Positions 26,597-36,265 of a stretch of 64,000 nt of DNA are shown one piece after another. Below the pieces are notes generated by a model, which searched no databases, was not told where the DNA came from, and worked only from the letters and a program-made list of their open reading frames with translations. The translations under genes were made by a program, and so were the position numbers. This DNA is from Candidatus Aenigmatarchaeota archaeon (GTDB lineage Archaea; Aenigmatarchaeota; Aenigmatarchaeia; QMZP01; QMZT01): the NCBI GenBank assembly GCA_026397315.1, contig JAPLVC010000001.1:64001-128000 (forward strand), in the 5' to 3' direction. Numbering within the stretch: position 1 is the first letter of the stretch; the number at the start of each line of letters is the position of its first letter.

Positions 26597-27706
26597 ATGG
26601 GCGTAAGAAGTGTTGATGCTAAGGACGTAATAAAGGAAAGGGAGAGGAAACCGCATCCAGAGGTCGACGAGGAACTCAGGAAGATTCTCGAGTCCAAGAG
26701 GGCCGAGATCAAGGTCATCGGCGTCGGCGGCGCGGGAGGCAACACGATTTCCCGCATGGTGCAGGTAGGCATCATCGGCGCGGAGATGCTGGCCATGAAC
26801 ACTGACGCCCAGGACCTGCTTTACACTGATGCTGACACCAAGGTTCTCATCGGCAGGGAGCTTACCGGCGGCCTTGGATCGGGCGCTGACCCGAAGACGG
26901 GCGCGGAAGCCGCAAAAGAATCGAAGGAAGACATTAAGAAGGCGGTTGAAGGCGCAGACCTCGTATTCGTCACGTGCGGCCTTGGAGGCGGCACTGGAAC
27001 TGGAGCCGCACCCGTGATTGCGGACATCGCCAAGAAGAACGGCGCGCTTACGGTCGGCGTCGTAACGCTGCCTTTCACCATGGAAGGCAGGCAGAGAGCG
27101 AGGAACGCTCAGGAAGGCCTTGAAAACCTTCAGGCTGTTGCCGACACGATAATAATCATACCCAACGACAAGTTGCTGGAAATAGTCCCGGACGTCTCGA
27201 TAACGACCGCGTTCAAAGTCGCGGACGAGATTCTGGTAAACGCCGTGAAAGGCGTGACTGAGCTTGTCACGAAACCCGGTCTTGTAAACCTTGACTTCGC
27301 AGACGTGCGCGCTGTCATGGGCGCTGGCGGAGTAGCGATGATAGGCATGGGCGAGAGCGACACGGACAACCGAGCTATCGAATCGGTAGAGAAGTCGCTG
27401 AACAACCCGCTGCTGGATGTCGATATTGAAGGCGCGACGGGCGCCCTGATAAATGTCTGCGGCGGCGAGGACATCACGATAAAGGAATGCCAGGAGATTG
27501 TCGAGGCCGTCACGACTAAGCTTAACCCGGACGCCAAGATAATCTGGGGAGCGCAGATAGTCAAGGAGCTTGGCGACACCATCAGGTCGATGCTGATAAT
27601 CACGGGAGTGAAGACTCCGCATCTTTACGGCCCTTCGGAGAAGAAGATAACCAACGCCAAGCAGAAGGAAATAGAAAGGGTCCTGGGCATAGACTTCGTC
27701 GAGTAA
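26597..27706 (+). CDS. ftsZ: Cell division protein FtsZ
   Basis: GVGGAGGN, GLGGGTGTG tubulin signature, NLDFAD T7 loop and LGIDFV C-terminus. Confidence 0.98.
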   Translation: MGVRSVDAKDVIKERERKPHPEVDEELRKILESKRAEIKVIGVGGAGGNTISRMVQVGIIGAEMLAMNTDAQDLLYTDADTKVLIGRELTGGLGSGADPKTGAEAAKESKEDIKKAVEGADLVFVTCGLGGGTGTGAAPVIADIAKKNGALTVGVVTLPFTMEGRQRARNAQEGLENLQAVADTIIIIPNDKLLEIVPDVSITTAFKVADEILVNAVKGVTELVTKPGLVNLDFADVRAVMGAGGVAMIGMGESDTDNRAIESVEKSLNNPLLDVDIEGATGALINVCGGEDITIKECQEIVEAVTTKLNPDAKIIWGAQIVKELGDTIRSMLIITGVKTPHLYGPSEKKITNAKQKEIERVLGIDFVE

Positions 27707-27803
27707 AGCAGGTCTTTAGCCCTTGGTTTTTTTCCCTTTTCCAAACCTTTTTAAAGCAGTTATTTAAACAGATATCCTATATAATACAGAATAAGGTATC
27801 TAC

Positions 27804-27989
27804 ATGAAGTTCAAGGAAACCATTGAAAACTGGAAGAGAGTGCTGCAGGTGGCGAGGAAGCCGGACAAATTTGAATTTACCTCGACCAGCAAGATATGCG
27901 CCATAGGCCTTGTGCTCATAGGCGTGATAGGATTCGTGATATTCATGGGTTCTGTGCTGGCATGTTCGTTCGGAGGTTTTTGCTTATGA
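27804..27989 (+). CDS. secE: Protein translocase SecE/Sec61-gamma
   Basis: RVLQVARKPDKFEF...IGVIGFVI; canonical position after ftsZ. Confidence 0.92.
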   Translation: MKFKETIENWKRVLQVARKPDKFEFTSTSKICAIGLVLIGVIGFVIFMGSVLACSFGGFCL

Positions 27990-28528
27990 CCATATATACG
28001 GTAAGGACAACCGCGGGAAGAGAACTCATAGTAATAGACATGATAAACAACAGGGTGCGCGCGGACAACCTCAGGGTCAAGAGCATTTCTCATCCCGGCG
28101 AACTCAAGGGCTACGTTTTCATCGAGGGTCCGGAGGGCGACGTAAGGAAATCCGTCCAGGGAGTCATGCACATAAAGGGCTTCATAGAGAAGCCTGTCAC
28201 GCTGCCTGAAATCCAGCAGTTCTTCGAAACCAAGAATGTCAAGATAACCGTTAGCGAAGGCGATATTGTCGAGATTGTTGGCGGCCCGTTCAAGGGCGAG
28301 AAAGGCAGGGTCCAGAGAATCGACAAGGTAAAAGACGAAGTGACGGTCGAGCTTCTGGAGGCGAGCATTCCCATACCGGTCACGATTTCGGTAGAGCTGC
28401 TTAAGCTCATCAAGAGGGACAAGCCCGCACCCGAGGAGCAGGCCAAGCCAACGCAGCGCGAGCAAGAGGAGAAAAAGGAGCGCGCTTACAACCCGTTCGA
28501 GGACGAACCGAGCGAGCCGAAGGATTAA
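27986..28528 (+). CDS. spt5: Transcription elongation factor Spt5/NusG
   Basis: RTTAGRE, KGYVFIE and KOW motif GDIVEIVGGPFKGE. Confidence 0.95.
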   Translation: MTIYTVRTTAGRELIVIDMINNRVRADNLRVKSISHPGELKGYVFIEGPEGDVRKSVQGVMHIKGFIEKPVTLPEIQQFFETKNVKITVSEGDIVEIVGGPFKGEKGRVQRIDKVKDEVTVELLEASIPIPVTISVELLKLIKRDKPAPEEQAKPTQREQEEKKERAYNPFEDEPSEPKD

Positions 28529-28554
28529 TATTTAAATTTATGTGAACAATAAGG

Positions 28555-29169
28555 ATGATTATGCCGACGGAAAAGATAAGCGTCATGGTTGAAGGTGGAA
28601 AGGCGACGGCAGCGCCGCCGCTAGGACCAGCCCTTGGACCGCTCGGAGTCCCGATAAAGAAAATCATAGACGAGATAAACAACAAGACCAAGGGCCTTGC
28701 GGGCATGCAGGTCCCCGTTACTGTCATAATTGACAAAGCCACCAAGAATTTCGAGATAAAGGTCGGCACGCCGCCGGTCAGCGCGCTCATAAAGAAAGAG
28801 CTCGGCCTCGAAAAAGGATGCAGCGAATCCGGCAAGGTAAGGGCTGGCGACCTTACGGATGAGCAGGTCAGGAAAATCGCGCTCGCGAAATTCGGCTCCG
28901 ACGCTCCGCGTTATTACAACATGATCATCGGTTCTGCAAGAAGCATGGGCGTAACAGTGGGCAAAGGCCCGCTTTCCGAAGCTGAAGCGAAGGAATTAAA
29001 GAACGCCATGAAAAGAGCCGCAGAAGCGAAGCTTGGCGCAGCGGCGCCGGCAGCGGCAGCACCAGGCGCAGAAGGCGCTCCAGCTGCGGCGGCGCCAGTA
29101 GCGGCCGAACCCAAGAAAGAGGAAAAGAAAAAGGAAGAGAAGAAGAGAAAGGTCATGAGAGGCAAGTAA
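28555..29169 (+). CDS. rpl11: 50S ribosomal protein uL11 with Ala/Pro- and Lys/Glu-rich C-terminal extension
   Basis: GGKATAAPPLGPALGPLG, VPVTV, TPP and GSARSMGV. Confidence 0.95.
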   Translation: MIMPTEKISVMVEGGKATAAPPLGPALGPLGVPIKKIIDEINNKTKGLAGMQVPVTVIIDKATKNFEIKVGTPPVSALIKKELGLEKGCSESGKVRAGDLTDEQVRKIALAKFGSDAPRYYNMIIGSARSMGVTVGKGPLSEAEAKELKNAMKRAAEAKLGAAAPAAAAPGAEGAPAAAAPVAAEPKKEEKKKEEKKRKVMRGK

Positions 29170-29246
29170 GCTTCCCTTCCGCTTTTTACTTTATTTTCAA
29201 AATTTTCTTTTCCAGCTTGTTTTTCAGGTTACATTACTTTTCAGAA

Positions 29247-29765
29247 CTAGTAGTCGGTCATCTCTATCTTTTCAGCGAGGCCTTTCTTTACGAGGAGATC
29301 AGCATTAGGAGCAGGGATTGTCGCTATGTCGCCTTTACTGAAGGGACCGTATGCCTTCATGTTCATGCCCACGAACTTCGGCACGCCGTCCAGAAGCGTG
29401 ACCAGCACGAGGTTCTCGTCCTTCTTCTCCATCCTGCCCTCGCGCATCTTCTGGAACTCGTTGATGCACTCGACGACGCGCTCGAAGAACTTTCGCTCTT
29501 CATCGCTCATGTGCTCCGGCACGACGCCGGACTCGATGAAGCCGTGCGCGGAGTTGAGCATTTTCCTCTCGCGCCTCTCGAATATCGTCTTAAGCCTGCG
29601 CTTGACCGCGTCAAACGCCCATTTTTCGCTCTCGTCCCTCGCCATTTTCTCCTTCTTTTCCACGTAGGCGCGGACCTCGTCGAAAAAGCCGTCCGGCAGC
29701 TTTGACAATCCCGCTGTATTCCGCTCTTCTTCAGCGATTTTCCTGATAGTCTCGTCGGTGAGCAT
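29247..29765 (-). CDS. GINS complex subunit (Gins15/Gins51 type)
   Basis: LSKLPDGFFDEV, RRERKM, and B-domain PKFVG..YGPFSKGDIATIPAPNADLLVKKG. Confidence 0.85.
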   Translation of the reverse strand: MLTDETIRKIAEEERNTAGLSKLPDGFFDEVRAYVEKKEKMARDESEKWAFDAVKRRLKTIFERRERKMLNSAHGFIESGVVPEHMSDEERKFFERVVECINEFQKMREGRMEKKDENLVLVTLLDGVPKFVGMNMKAYGPFSKGDIATIPAPNADLLVKKGLAEKIEMTDY

Positions 29766-29836
29766 GATTAATGGTTAAAAGAAGGAAATATAAATTGTTT
29801 TATTTATAGCAATATCATACATAGTAAGTGATTCCT

Positions 29837-31558
29837 ATGCCCATACGACAGCCGATAATATCAGTGCTGGGTCACGTTGACTCGGGGAAGACGACTTTGC
29901 TGGACCGCATCAGGGGTAGCACCGTCGCTAGCGGTGAGGCTGGCGGCATAACCCAGCACATAGGAGCCAGCGAGGTGCCGATAAACAAGATAATGGGCGT
30001 GTGCGGCAGCCTCGCCAAGAAGATGAACGTTGATGTAAAGATACCGGGACTTTTATTCATAGACACGCCCGGCCACGAGGCGTTCATTACGTTACGCCGC
30101 CGCGGCGGCTCAATCGCTGATCTCGCAATCCTGATTATCGACGTGAACGAGGGCCTGCAGAAACAGACGGAAGAAAGCCTCACGTTCCTGAAGGAGTTCA
30201 AGACCCCGTTCGTCGTGGCCGCGACGAAAATCGACCGCATACTCGGTTGGCGTTCCGAGGAGAATGCATGTTTTCTAAAGGGATACTCAACGCAGGACGC
30301 GCGCGCGCAGGACGAACTCGAGGAGAAGATATACAGGATAGTCGGCCAGCTTGCCGAGCGGAACATAAAATCAGAGCGCTTCGACCGCGTCGAGGATTTC
30401 TCCAAGCAGGTATGCATCGTTCCCGTCTCGTCATTAACGGGCGAGGGGATTCCCGATCTTCTCATGCTGCTCACGGGGCTTGCGCAGAAATACCTTGAAA
30501 AGCGGCTCAAGGTAACGGAAGGCATAGGCAAGGGGACGATACTCGAGGTAAAGGAATACCGCGGCCTGGGGGCGACCATAGACGTCATCCTTTACGACGG
30601 CTGCGTCAGCCGCGGCGACATTCTCATCATCGGCGGACGAGACGTGATAGTCACGAAAGTCAAAGCTCTCCTCAAGCCGGAGCCGCTCAAGGAGATGCGC
30701 GTGGAGCGCGTGTTCCAGACCATTGAAAGCGCGACGGCCGCATGCGGCGTGAAAATATCATCCCCGGATTTGAGTGGCGTCATCGCCGGTTCCCCGGTGC
30801 GCTTCGTGAAAAGCGAGAAAGACGTCGAAGCCGCGACGGCTGACATAGCGAAGGAGATAGAGGAAGTCGAGATAGAGACTGAAAACGACGGCGTCATAAT
30901 CAAAGCCGATACGCTGGGAAGCCTCGAAGGCCTGATAAAGGTGCTTAAAGACAACGGCATACCGATAAGGAAGGCAAAGGTCGGTAATGTGCTCAAGGGG
31001 GACGTGATGGAAAGCTCCAGCATGAAGAAGCCCGTAGTTTTCGCCTTCAACGTCGATGTCCTTCCCGATGCCGACGAGAGCGCGAAGAAGGCCGGCGTAG
31101 AGATTTTCAAGTCCAACATAATCTACCGGCTAATCGAGGGATACCAGAAATGGGAAGCGGACCTCAAGAAGAACGCGGAGGCGAAACTTCTCGACAGCGT
31201 GACGCATCCCGGGAGAATGATAATATTGCGCGGCTACGTTTTCCGCCAGTCTAAGCCGGCGATTTTTGGCGTCGAAATTCTTGCGGGCCAGGTGAAGACC
31301 GGATACAAGCTGAAGAAGAACGGCATCATGATCGGCGAGGTAAAGGAGCTGCAGGCGGAGGGTGACAACGTCCCGATGGCGAAGGCTGGGGACAAGGTTG
31401 CAGTGTCGATGGACGGCGTCACGATAGGGCGCCAGATAAACGAGGGCGACGAACTGGAGAACGCGCTCTCCGGCCGCGACCTGGAAATTCTGGCGAGGGT
31501 GAAGCACAAACTGCCAGAAGACGAGCGCAGAATGCTCGATGAAATGCAACAGATTTAA
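29837..31558 (+). CDS. infB: Translation initiation factor aIF5B (IF-2)
   Basis: RQPIISVLGHVDSGKTT, GGITQHIGA, DTPGH and KADTLGSLE. Confidence 0.97.
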   Translation: MPIRQPIISVLGHVDSGKTTLLDRIRGSTVASGEAGGITQHIGASEVPINKIMGVCGSLAKKMNVDVKIPGLLFIDTPGHEAFITLRRRGGSIADLAILIIDVNEGLQKQTEESLTFLKEFKTPFVVAATKIDRILGWRSEENACFLKGYSTQDARAQDELEEKIYRIVGQLAERNIKSERFDRVEDFSKQVCIVPVSSLTGEGIPDLLMLLTGLAQKYLEKRLKVTEGIGKGTILEVKEYRGLGATIDVILYDGCVSRGDILIIGGRDVIVTKVKALLKPEPLKEMRVERVFQTIESATAACGVKISSPDLSGVIAGSPVRFVKSEKDVEAATADIAKEIEEVEIETENDGVIIKADTLGSLEGLIKVLKDNGIPIRKAKVGNVLKGDVMESSSMKKPVVFAFNVDVLPDADESAKKAGVEIFKSNIIYRLIEGYQKWEADLKKNAEAKLLDSVTHPGRMIILRGYVFRQSKPAIFGVEILAGQVKTGYKLKKNGIMIGEVKELQAEGDNVPMAKAGDKVAVSMDGVTIGRQINEGDELENALSGRDLEILARVKHKLPEDERRMLDEMQQI

Positions 31559-31591
31559 ATCCCCCCGCGCTATTTGTAGTTATTGATATTC

Positions 31592-32008
31592 ATGCAGCCG
31601 GAAAATTCATACGACACTCTTTTGAAGCAGGCATTTGACAAACTGCCGAAGAAGTCGGAGGGGACCGACCGCTTCCAGATGCCGAGGGCGAATGTCCAGC
31701 CGGCAGGCGCGCGCACGATAATCATAAACTTCATAGACATAGCGAACACCTTCCGCCGCGAGCCGGACCACATGCAGAAATTCATTCTCAAGGAACTAGC
31801 GACTTCAGGCGAGATGCAGAGCGGCAGGCTGGTCGTGCAGGGCAGGTTCAGACCCGATGTTGTAGACAAGAAGATCGAGCTTTACGCGAAGGAATACGTC
31901 CTCTGCCCGGACTGCAACAAGCCCGACACGAAATTCATCAAAGACGACCGCTTCCTTTTTCTCAAGTGCGAGGCCTGCGGCTCGAAACATCCCATAAAAA
32001 AAGTGTAG
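31592..32008 (+). CDS. eif2b: Translation initiation factor aIF2 beta
   Basis: RF.MP, KELATSG and the Zn ribbon CPDCNKPDT...CEACG. Confidence 0.95.
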   Translation: MQPENSYDTLLKQAFDKLPKKSEGTDRFQMPRANVQPAGARTIIINFIDIANTFRREPDHMQKFILKELATSGEMQSGRLVVQGRFRPDVVDKKIELYAKEYVLCPDCNKPDTKFIKDDRFLFLKCEACGSKHPIKKV

Positions 32009-32014
32009 AAACGT

Positions 32015-33085
32015 TTATAATCCGCCGGCCAGCTTGTTCATGTCCGGTATCTTGACGCAGTCGCACAGAGTTCCCCCGTGCGCCGAGCATACTTCCGCGT
32101 TCTGCATTATCTGCTCGTTGGTTATGCCCGTCACGCTCATGTCCTGCGGGAACGTTATAGCTAGCGTGAATTCTTCTCCCTGAAATTCTGTCTTCTGCAA
32201 GATAAGGACCTTGCGCCCGGTCGCGCTTTCTATGCTCGCCTTGAGCGCCTCGTCCATGTAGGCGCTCTCGCTGCCCACCATGTTTATGCCCTGGCTCATA
32301 AGTATGCGGACCGTCGGCACGCAGCCTTCGGGCAGCGAAGTCCCGCCTGTGAGGGCCTTGAACTGCTCGTCGTTCATGCCTAGCATCGAAGCCACTCCCT
32401 CGGTCACGCTGGGCAGGCCTTTGAAAAACAACACCGAGAAAACAAGCAGGGCTATTATCAAGGCTATGCCGCCCAGCCTGAACGGGTCTGAAAATGGCGT
32501 TTTTGCATAGTCTATCTTTTTGACCTCGCCCGTGTATGCTCCCATCACGACGACGGCTTTCTTCTTGTCTTTCTCCAGCAACACTTCCCAGTCCGTGTTC
32601 TTGAGATTAGCCTGTTTCGCTTTATACCCTTTCACCAGCGCCTCGGCCGTCTTTTTGACTTCATCTTCCTTGAGCGTGGTAACCTTGCTCTTGACAAGCA
32701 GTCCCTCGAGCAGTTTGACGCGCTCCGTGAGCTTCTTCACCATGCTCGTGTCCGTTTCCTCTTCCTCGTCGCGCGTTATGAGGTAGAAGGCTGCGCCAAG
32801 GCAGCCGGCCGCTATTATGCCGCCGATGAACAGGTCGAGCTGTATCATCTCGAATATCGTGCCCTTGAAGAAGAACATGAAGCCGCGTATGGCAGCTCCC
32901 GCCATGACGCACAGGAAGCCGGCGCCGAGCATGGCTACTATCCTTATGGCGAACGGAATTTTCTTCTTCATGCCGCGAAAAGCGAAGGAGCCGAAAATCC
33001 ACGAGAGAACAAAATACATCACTATCTGAGCGAGCATGAGAAGCTGCGGCAGCGTTTCCATGATGTCCGATAGCGAAAGCGCCAT
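32015..33085 (-). CDS. Membrane protein with a PepSY-like domain
   Basis: Four TM segments; WEVLL...VVMGAYTGEV PepSY-like pattern; Cys-containing C-terminal domain. Confidence 0.65.
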   Translation of the reverse strand: MALSLSDIMETLPQLLMLAQIVMYFVLSWIFGSFAFRGMKKKIPFAIRIVAMLGAGFLCVMAGAAIRGFMFFFKGTIFEMIQLDLFIGGIIAAGCLGAAFYLITRDEEEETDTSMVKKLTERVKLLEGLLVKSKVTTLKEDEVKKTAEALVKGYKAKQANLKNTDWEVLLEKDKKKAVVVMGAYTGEVKKIDYAKTPFSDPFRLGGIALIIALLVFSVLFFKGLPSVTEGVASMLGMNDEQFKALTGGTSLPEGCVPTVRILMSQGINMVGSESAYMDEALKASIESATGRKVLILQKTEFQGEEFTLAITFPQDMSVTGITNEQIMQNAEVCSAHGGTLCDCVKIPDMNKLAGGL

Positions 33086-33106
33086 GAATAATATTTGCCG
33101 GGGCTG

Positions 33107-33343
33107 CTATAAATTGGATATGTTGAAGAAACCGCTCTGCAGGAGCTTGATTATTTTTTCCTCTTCGGGCATGTTCGCGGCAAGCAGTATTTTCAGGTCC
33201 TGCAGCGCCTCCGAGTAGAGTGTAGCGCCGATGGCGTTCGTGTCGCGCAGCTCCCATTCTTTGTCGCGTATTTTCGTGTAGATGAAGAACGCTTTCCCGT
33301 CCGTCGTAATCTTATGCTCCTGTCCCTCAAAAATAGTTTTCAT
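33107..33343 (-). CDS. Small hypothetical protein
   Basis: 78-aa ORF with host-like codon usage, co-oriented with the downstream gene. Confidence 0.6.
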   Translation of the reverse strand: MKTIFEGQEHKITTDGKAFFIYTKIRDKEWELRDTNAIGATLYSEALQDLKILLAANMPEEEKIIKLLQSGFFNISNL

Positions 33344-33426
33344 TATTTTCTAATTCGGTTAGTACGGATTTAAACATATGTTGTCCCAAGCTCGCCTTTT
33401 TAAATACAGGCCGCCACTATAATCTC

Positions 33427-33481
33427 AAGAACAAGACAGTTCGTCAGGAACTAGCTTGTATCCGCGACATTTCTTGTTCTT
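33427..33481 (+). promoter_or_regulatory. Structured 5' leader of rps15 (candidate ribosomal-protein leader)
   Basis: AAGAACAAGA (33427-36) pairs with TCTTGTTCTT (33472-81), enclosing an AGTTC/GAACT hairpin; lies just downstream of the TATA-like TTTAAATA at ~33399-33406. Confidence 0.5.
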
Positions 33482-33513
33482 ATAAATTCCATAAAACGGA
33501 GAAAGGTGTTTAT

Positions 33514-33936
33514 ATGACAGAAAATAATGAGAGCGAAAAGAAAGCGGCCAATTGGGTCGACTATAAACCAAAGGAAATCGAAGACCTTATCATAAAATAC
33601 GCGAAGCAGGGCACAACGAGCGCGCACATAGGCCTGATGCTGCGCGACCAGTACGGCATACCATCGGTGAAAGCGGTCACGAAGAAAACCATCAGCCAGA
33701 TACTGAAGGAAAACAAGGCTTACCCGAAGCTTCCGGAAGACATCCTGAACCTCATGAAGCGTGTCGTCGAACTCCGCGTCCACCTGGAGCGCAACAAGAA
33801 GGACTACCAATCTTACAGGGGCCTCGAATTGGCCGAGTCGAAAATCAGGCGCCTTGCAAAGTATTACAGGAAGAAAGGCATTCTGGCAAAGACTTGGAAA
33901 TACAATTCGGAGCAGGCAAAGCTGTTAATCCGATAA
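33514..33936 (+). CDS. rps15: 30S ribosomal protein uS15
   Basis: IGLMLRDQYGIPSVK, LPEDILNL and ESKIRRLAKYY. Confidence 0.96.
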   Translation: MTENNESEKKAANWVDYKPKEIEDLIIKYAKQGTTSAHIGLMLRDQYGIPSVKAVTKKTISQILKENKAYPKLPEDILNLMKRVVELRVHLERNKKDYQSYRGLELAESKIRRLAKYYRKKGILAKTWKYNSEQAKLLIR

Positions 33937-34017
33937 GTCCGAAAATATTTTCAAAATTCAAGCGGCTTTATTTTTCCGCTCACTTTTATTTTTATTGTTT
34001 TTAATAACAATATACAC

Positions 34018-34917
34018 ATGGATAAAACCTACACGGAGAAAATTAAAAGATTATTTTATTTCGCCTGGCTGGAGCTGAAGAGGAACTTGGCCGGTGTCAA
34101 ATATTTTGCGGAAGCTGACGTGACTGACAATTGCAATCTCCGGTGCAGGCATTGCTATCATTTTCACGGCAAAAATGATTTTGAAAAAAAGGAGTTCACG
34201 GCGGCTGAATGGAGAAAAAGGTTCAAAAGTCTGCATGAAACCGGGGTGAGAATTATCATGTTAGTTGGCGGCGAGCCCGCCCTGCGGCAGGACGTTCTCA
34301 TGTTAGCCGACGAAATTTTTCCTATCGTCTACGTCATCACAAATGGTACCATAAGGATACGCGATGACTTCAAGCACATATTATTTGTTTCATTGGAAGG
34401 CGGCCAGAAAATAAACGATTATATTAGAGGAGAGGGCACTTTTCAAAAAACATTGAAAAATTATTCAGGTGACGGGCGTGTTATTATCAACATGACGCTG
34501 CAAATGGAAAATTATAAAGAACTCGAAAAAGTCGTCAAGATAGCAAAGGATAACGGCTTCCGCGGCGTGGTGTGTAATATATGCCAATCGGGAACACACG
34601 CTGACAAAGTCTTATATCAAAAAAGCGTGAAAATTCGTGAGAGGGAAATTATAATTAAAGAGGTCGAACGAGTGAAAGCTTTATATCCGAAAGACTTTCT
34701 TATTAGCAAGTCCATGATAAAATGGTACAAAAAACCAGACCATAAAGATGGGTGCTATTGGAGCAGAGAATGCCTGCATTTCGATGTTTCATGGAACAAA
34801 AGGAGATGTTTTTTAAAAAACGTTGACTGCTCAAACTGCGGATGCTTCGCTGGCACATTTCAAAACCCGCTTTTGACAGCATTAAGGTATCCGCGGGAAA
34901 CAAAAATGCTAGTTTAG
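34018..34917 (+). CDS. Radical SAM protein with Cys-rich C-terminus
   Basis: CNLRCRHC, GGEP and ITNG motifs; AT-richer than its flanks. Confidence 0.9.
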   Translation: MDKTYTEKIKRLFYFAWLELKRNLAGVKYFAEADVTDNCNLRCRHCYHFHGKNDFEKKEFTAAEWRKRFKSLHETGVRIIMLVGGEPALRQDVLMLADEIFPIVYVITNGTIRIRDDFKHILFVSLEGGQKINDYIRGEGTFQKTLKNYSGDGRVIINMTLQMENYKELEKVVKIAKDNGFRGVVCNICQSGTHADKVLYQKSVKIREREIIIKEVERVKALYPKDFLISKSMIKWYKKPDHKDGCYWSRECLHFDVSWNKRRCFLKNVDCSNCGCFAGTFQNPLLTALRYPRETKMLV

Positions 34918-34940
34918 ATTGCGCGCGTATGCAGTTTAAC

Positions 34941-36140
34941 CTATTTGTAGTTCTCTTTCACGTATTCTTCCAGCTTGTTCAGCGATTCCTCGAGCACGTT
35001 CATGGGCGGGAGGAACACGATGCGGAAGTGGTCCGGCTTTGGATAGCCGAAACCGGATCCGAAGACTGCTAGAATGTGTTTTTTGTATAAGACGTCCATG
35101 ATGAACTGCTTGTCGTCCTTTATGTCCAGCTCGATTTTCGGGAACGCGTAAAAGGCGCCCTTGGGTTTCGTGCAGGAAAAGCCCTCGATTTCGTTGAAGC
35201 GCTTGTATATCAGGTCGCGTCTCTGCCTGAGTTTCCTGTTCATTTCTGGAATGTGGTCCTGCGGTCCTTCCAACGCTGGTTTAATGGCATACTGGAACGG
35301 GCCCGGCGCGGACAGTCGCGATCTAGCGAGCTTGGAAACAGTCTCCTGAAAATCAGCGCGAAGCTCCTGCGGTCCGCTGAATATCATCCAGCCGACGCGC
35401 CATCCGGGCACGATGTAGTTCTTCGAGAGCCCGTTGAACGTAAGGATGGGAATGTCGTTCGCCAGCGACGCGGTCGAAACGTGCCTGTCGTCGTCGAGCA
35501 GTATCTTGCTGTAAATCTCGTCGGAGAAAATGAGCAGGTTGTACTCGCGCGCGATGTCGATTATCTCTTTCAGCGTTTCTTTGGGGTAGAGCGCGCCCGT
35601 GGGGTTGTTCGGATTGATGAGTATTATGCCTTTCGTTTTAGAGTTGATTTTCTTCCGGATGTCGTCAACGTCCGGCTGCCAGCCTTCCTCTTCGATGCAG
35701 TTGTAGCGGTTGTGCACGGCGCCTATCTTGTTGACGATCGCGGAATAAACCGGGTATCCCGGAATGGGTGTCAGCACGTTCTCGCCGGGGTTGAGCAGCG
35801 CGTTCATCGCCATCTCTATGCCCTCGCTCACGCCGGCCGAGATGAGCACGTCGTTCTTCGTTACGCCTTTGATGCCGTCCCTGGCCGCTTCTTTCACAAT
35901 CGCTTCTCTCGCCTCCTCGATGCCTGCTGAATCCGCGTAATTGTTGAGGTTCTTTTTCATCGCTGTGTAAACGGCCTCCACGAGGTGTGCTGGCGTTACG
36001 AAATCGTAGACGTTCGGGTCGCCTATGTTGAGATGGAGAATCTTCTTACCCTGAGCCTTGAGCTTGTTCGCCTCGACAACGACGTCTCGTATAGCATAAG
36101 TGACCCTGCTCGCCCTTTCGGCCGGGATTATCTTTTTCAT
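34941..36140 (-). CDS. PLP-dependent class I/II aminotransferase (AlaA-like)
   Basis: YAIRD, LNIGDP, NPNNPTG, DEIY and GLSKNYIVPGWRVG. Confidence 0.93.
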   Translation of the reverse strand: MKKIIPAERASRVTYAIRDVVVEANKLKAQGKKILHLNIGDPNVYDFVTPAHLVEAVYTAMKKNLNNYADSAGIEEAREAIVKEAARDGIKGVTKNDVLISAGVSEGIEMAMNALLNPGENVLTPIPGYPVYSAIVNKIGAVHNRYNCIEEEGWQPDVDDIRKKINSKTKGIILINPNNPTGALYPKETLKEIIDIAREYNLLIFSDEIYSKILLDDDRHVSTASLANDIPILTFNGLSKNYIVPGWRVGWMIFSGPQELRADFQETVSKLARSRLSAPGPFQYAIKPALEGPQDHIPEMNRKLRQRRDLIYKRFNEIEGFSCTKPKGAFYAFPKIELDIKDDKQFIMDVLYKKHILAVFGSGFGYPKPDHFRIVFLPPMNVLEESLNKLEEYVKENYK

Positions 36141-36265
36141 AACATCACCGCCAATAAACCATAACTGAAATATCTGTAATAATCGTCTCTATATTAAATA
36201 CATTAGTCTGGCAAAATTAAAAAGTTAAAAGTAGATTTTCGATAAACCTTTTTTTCAAAAGGTTT

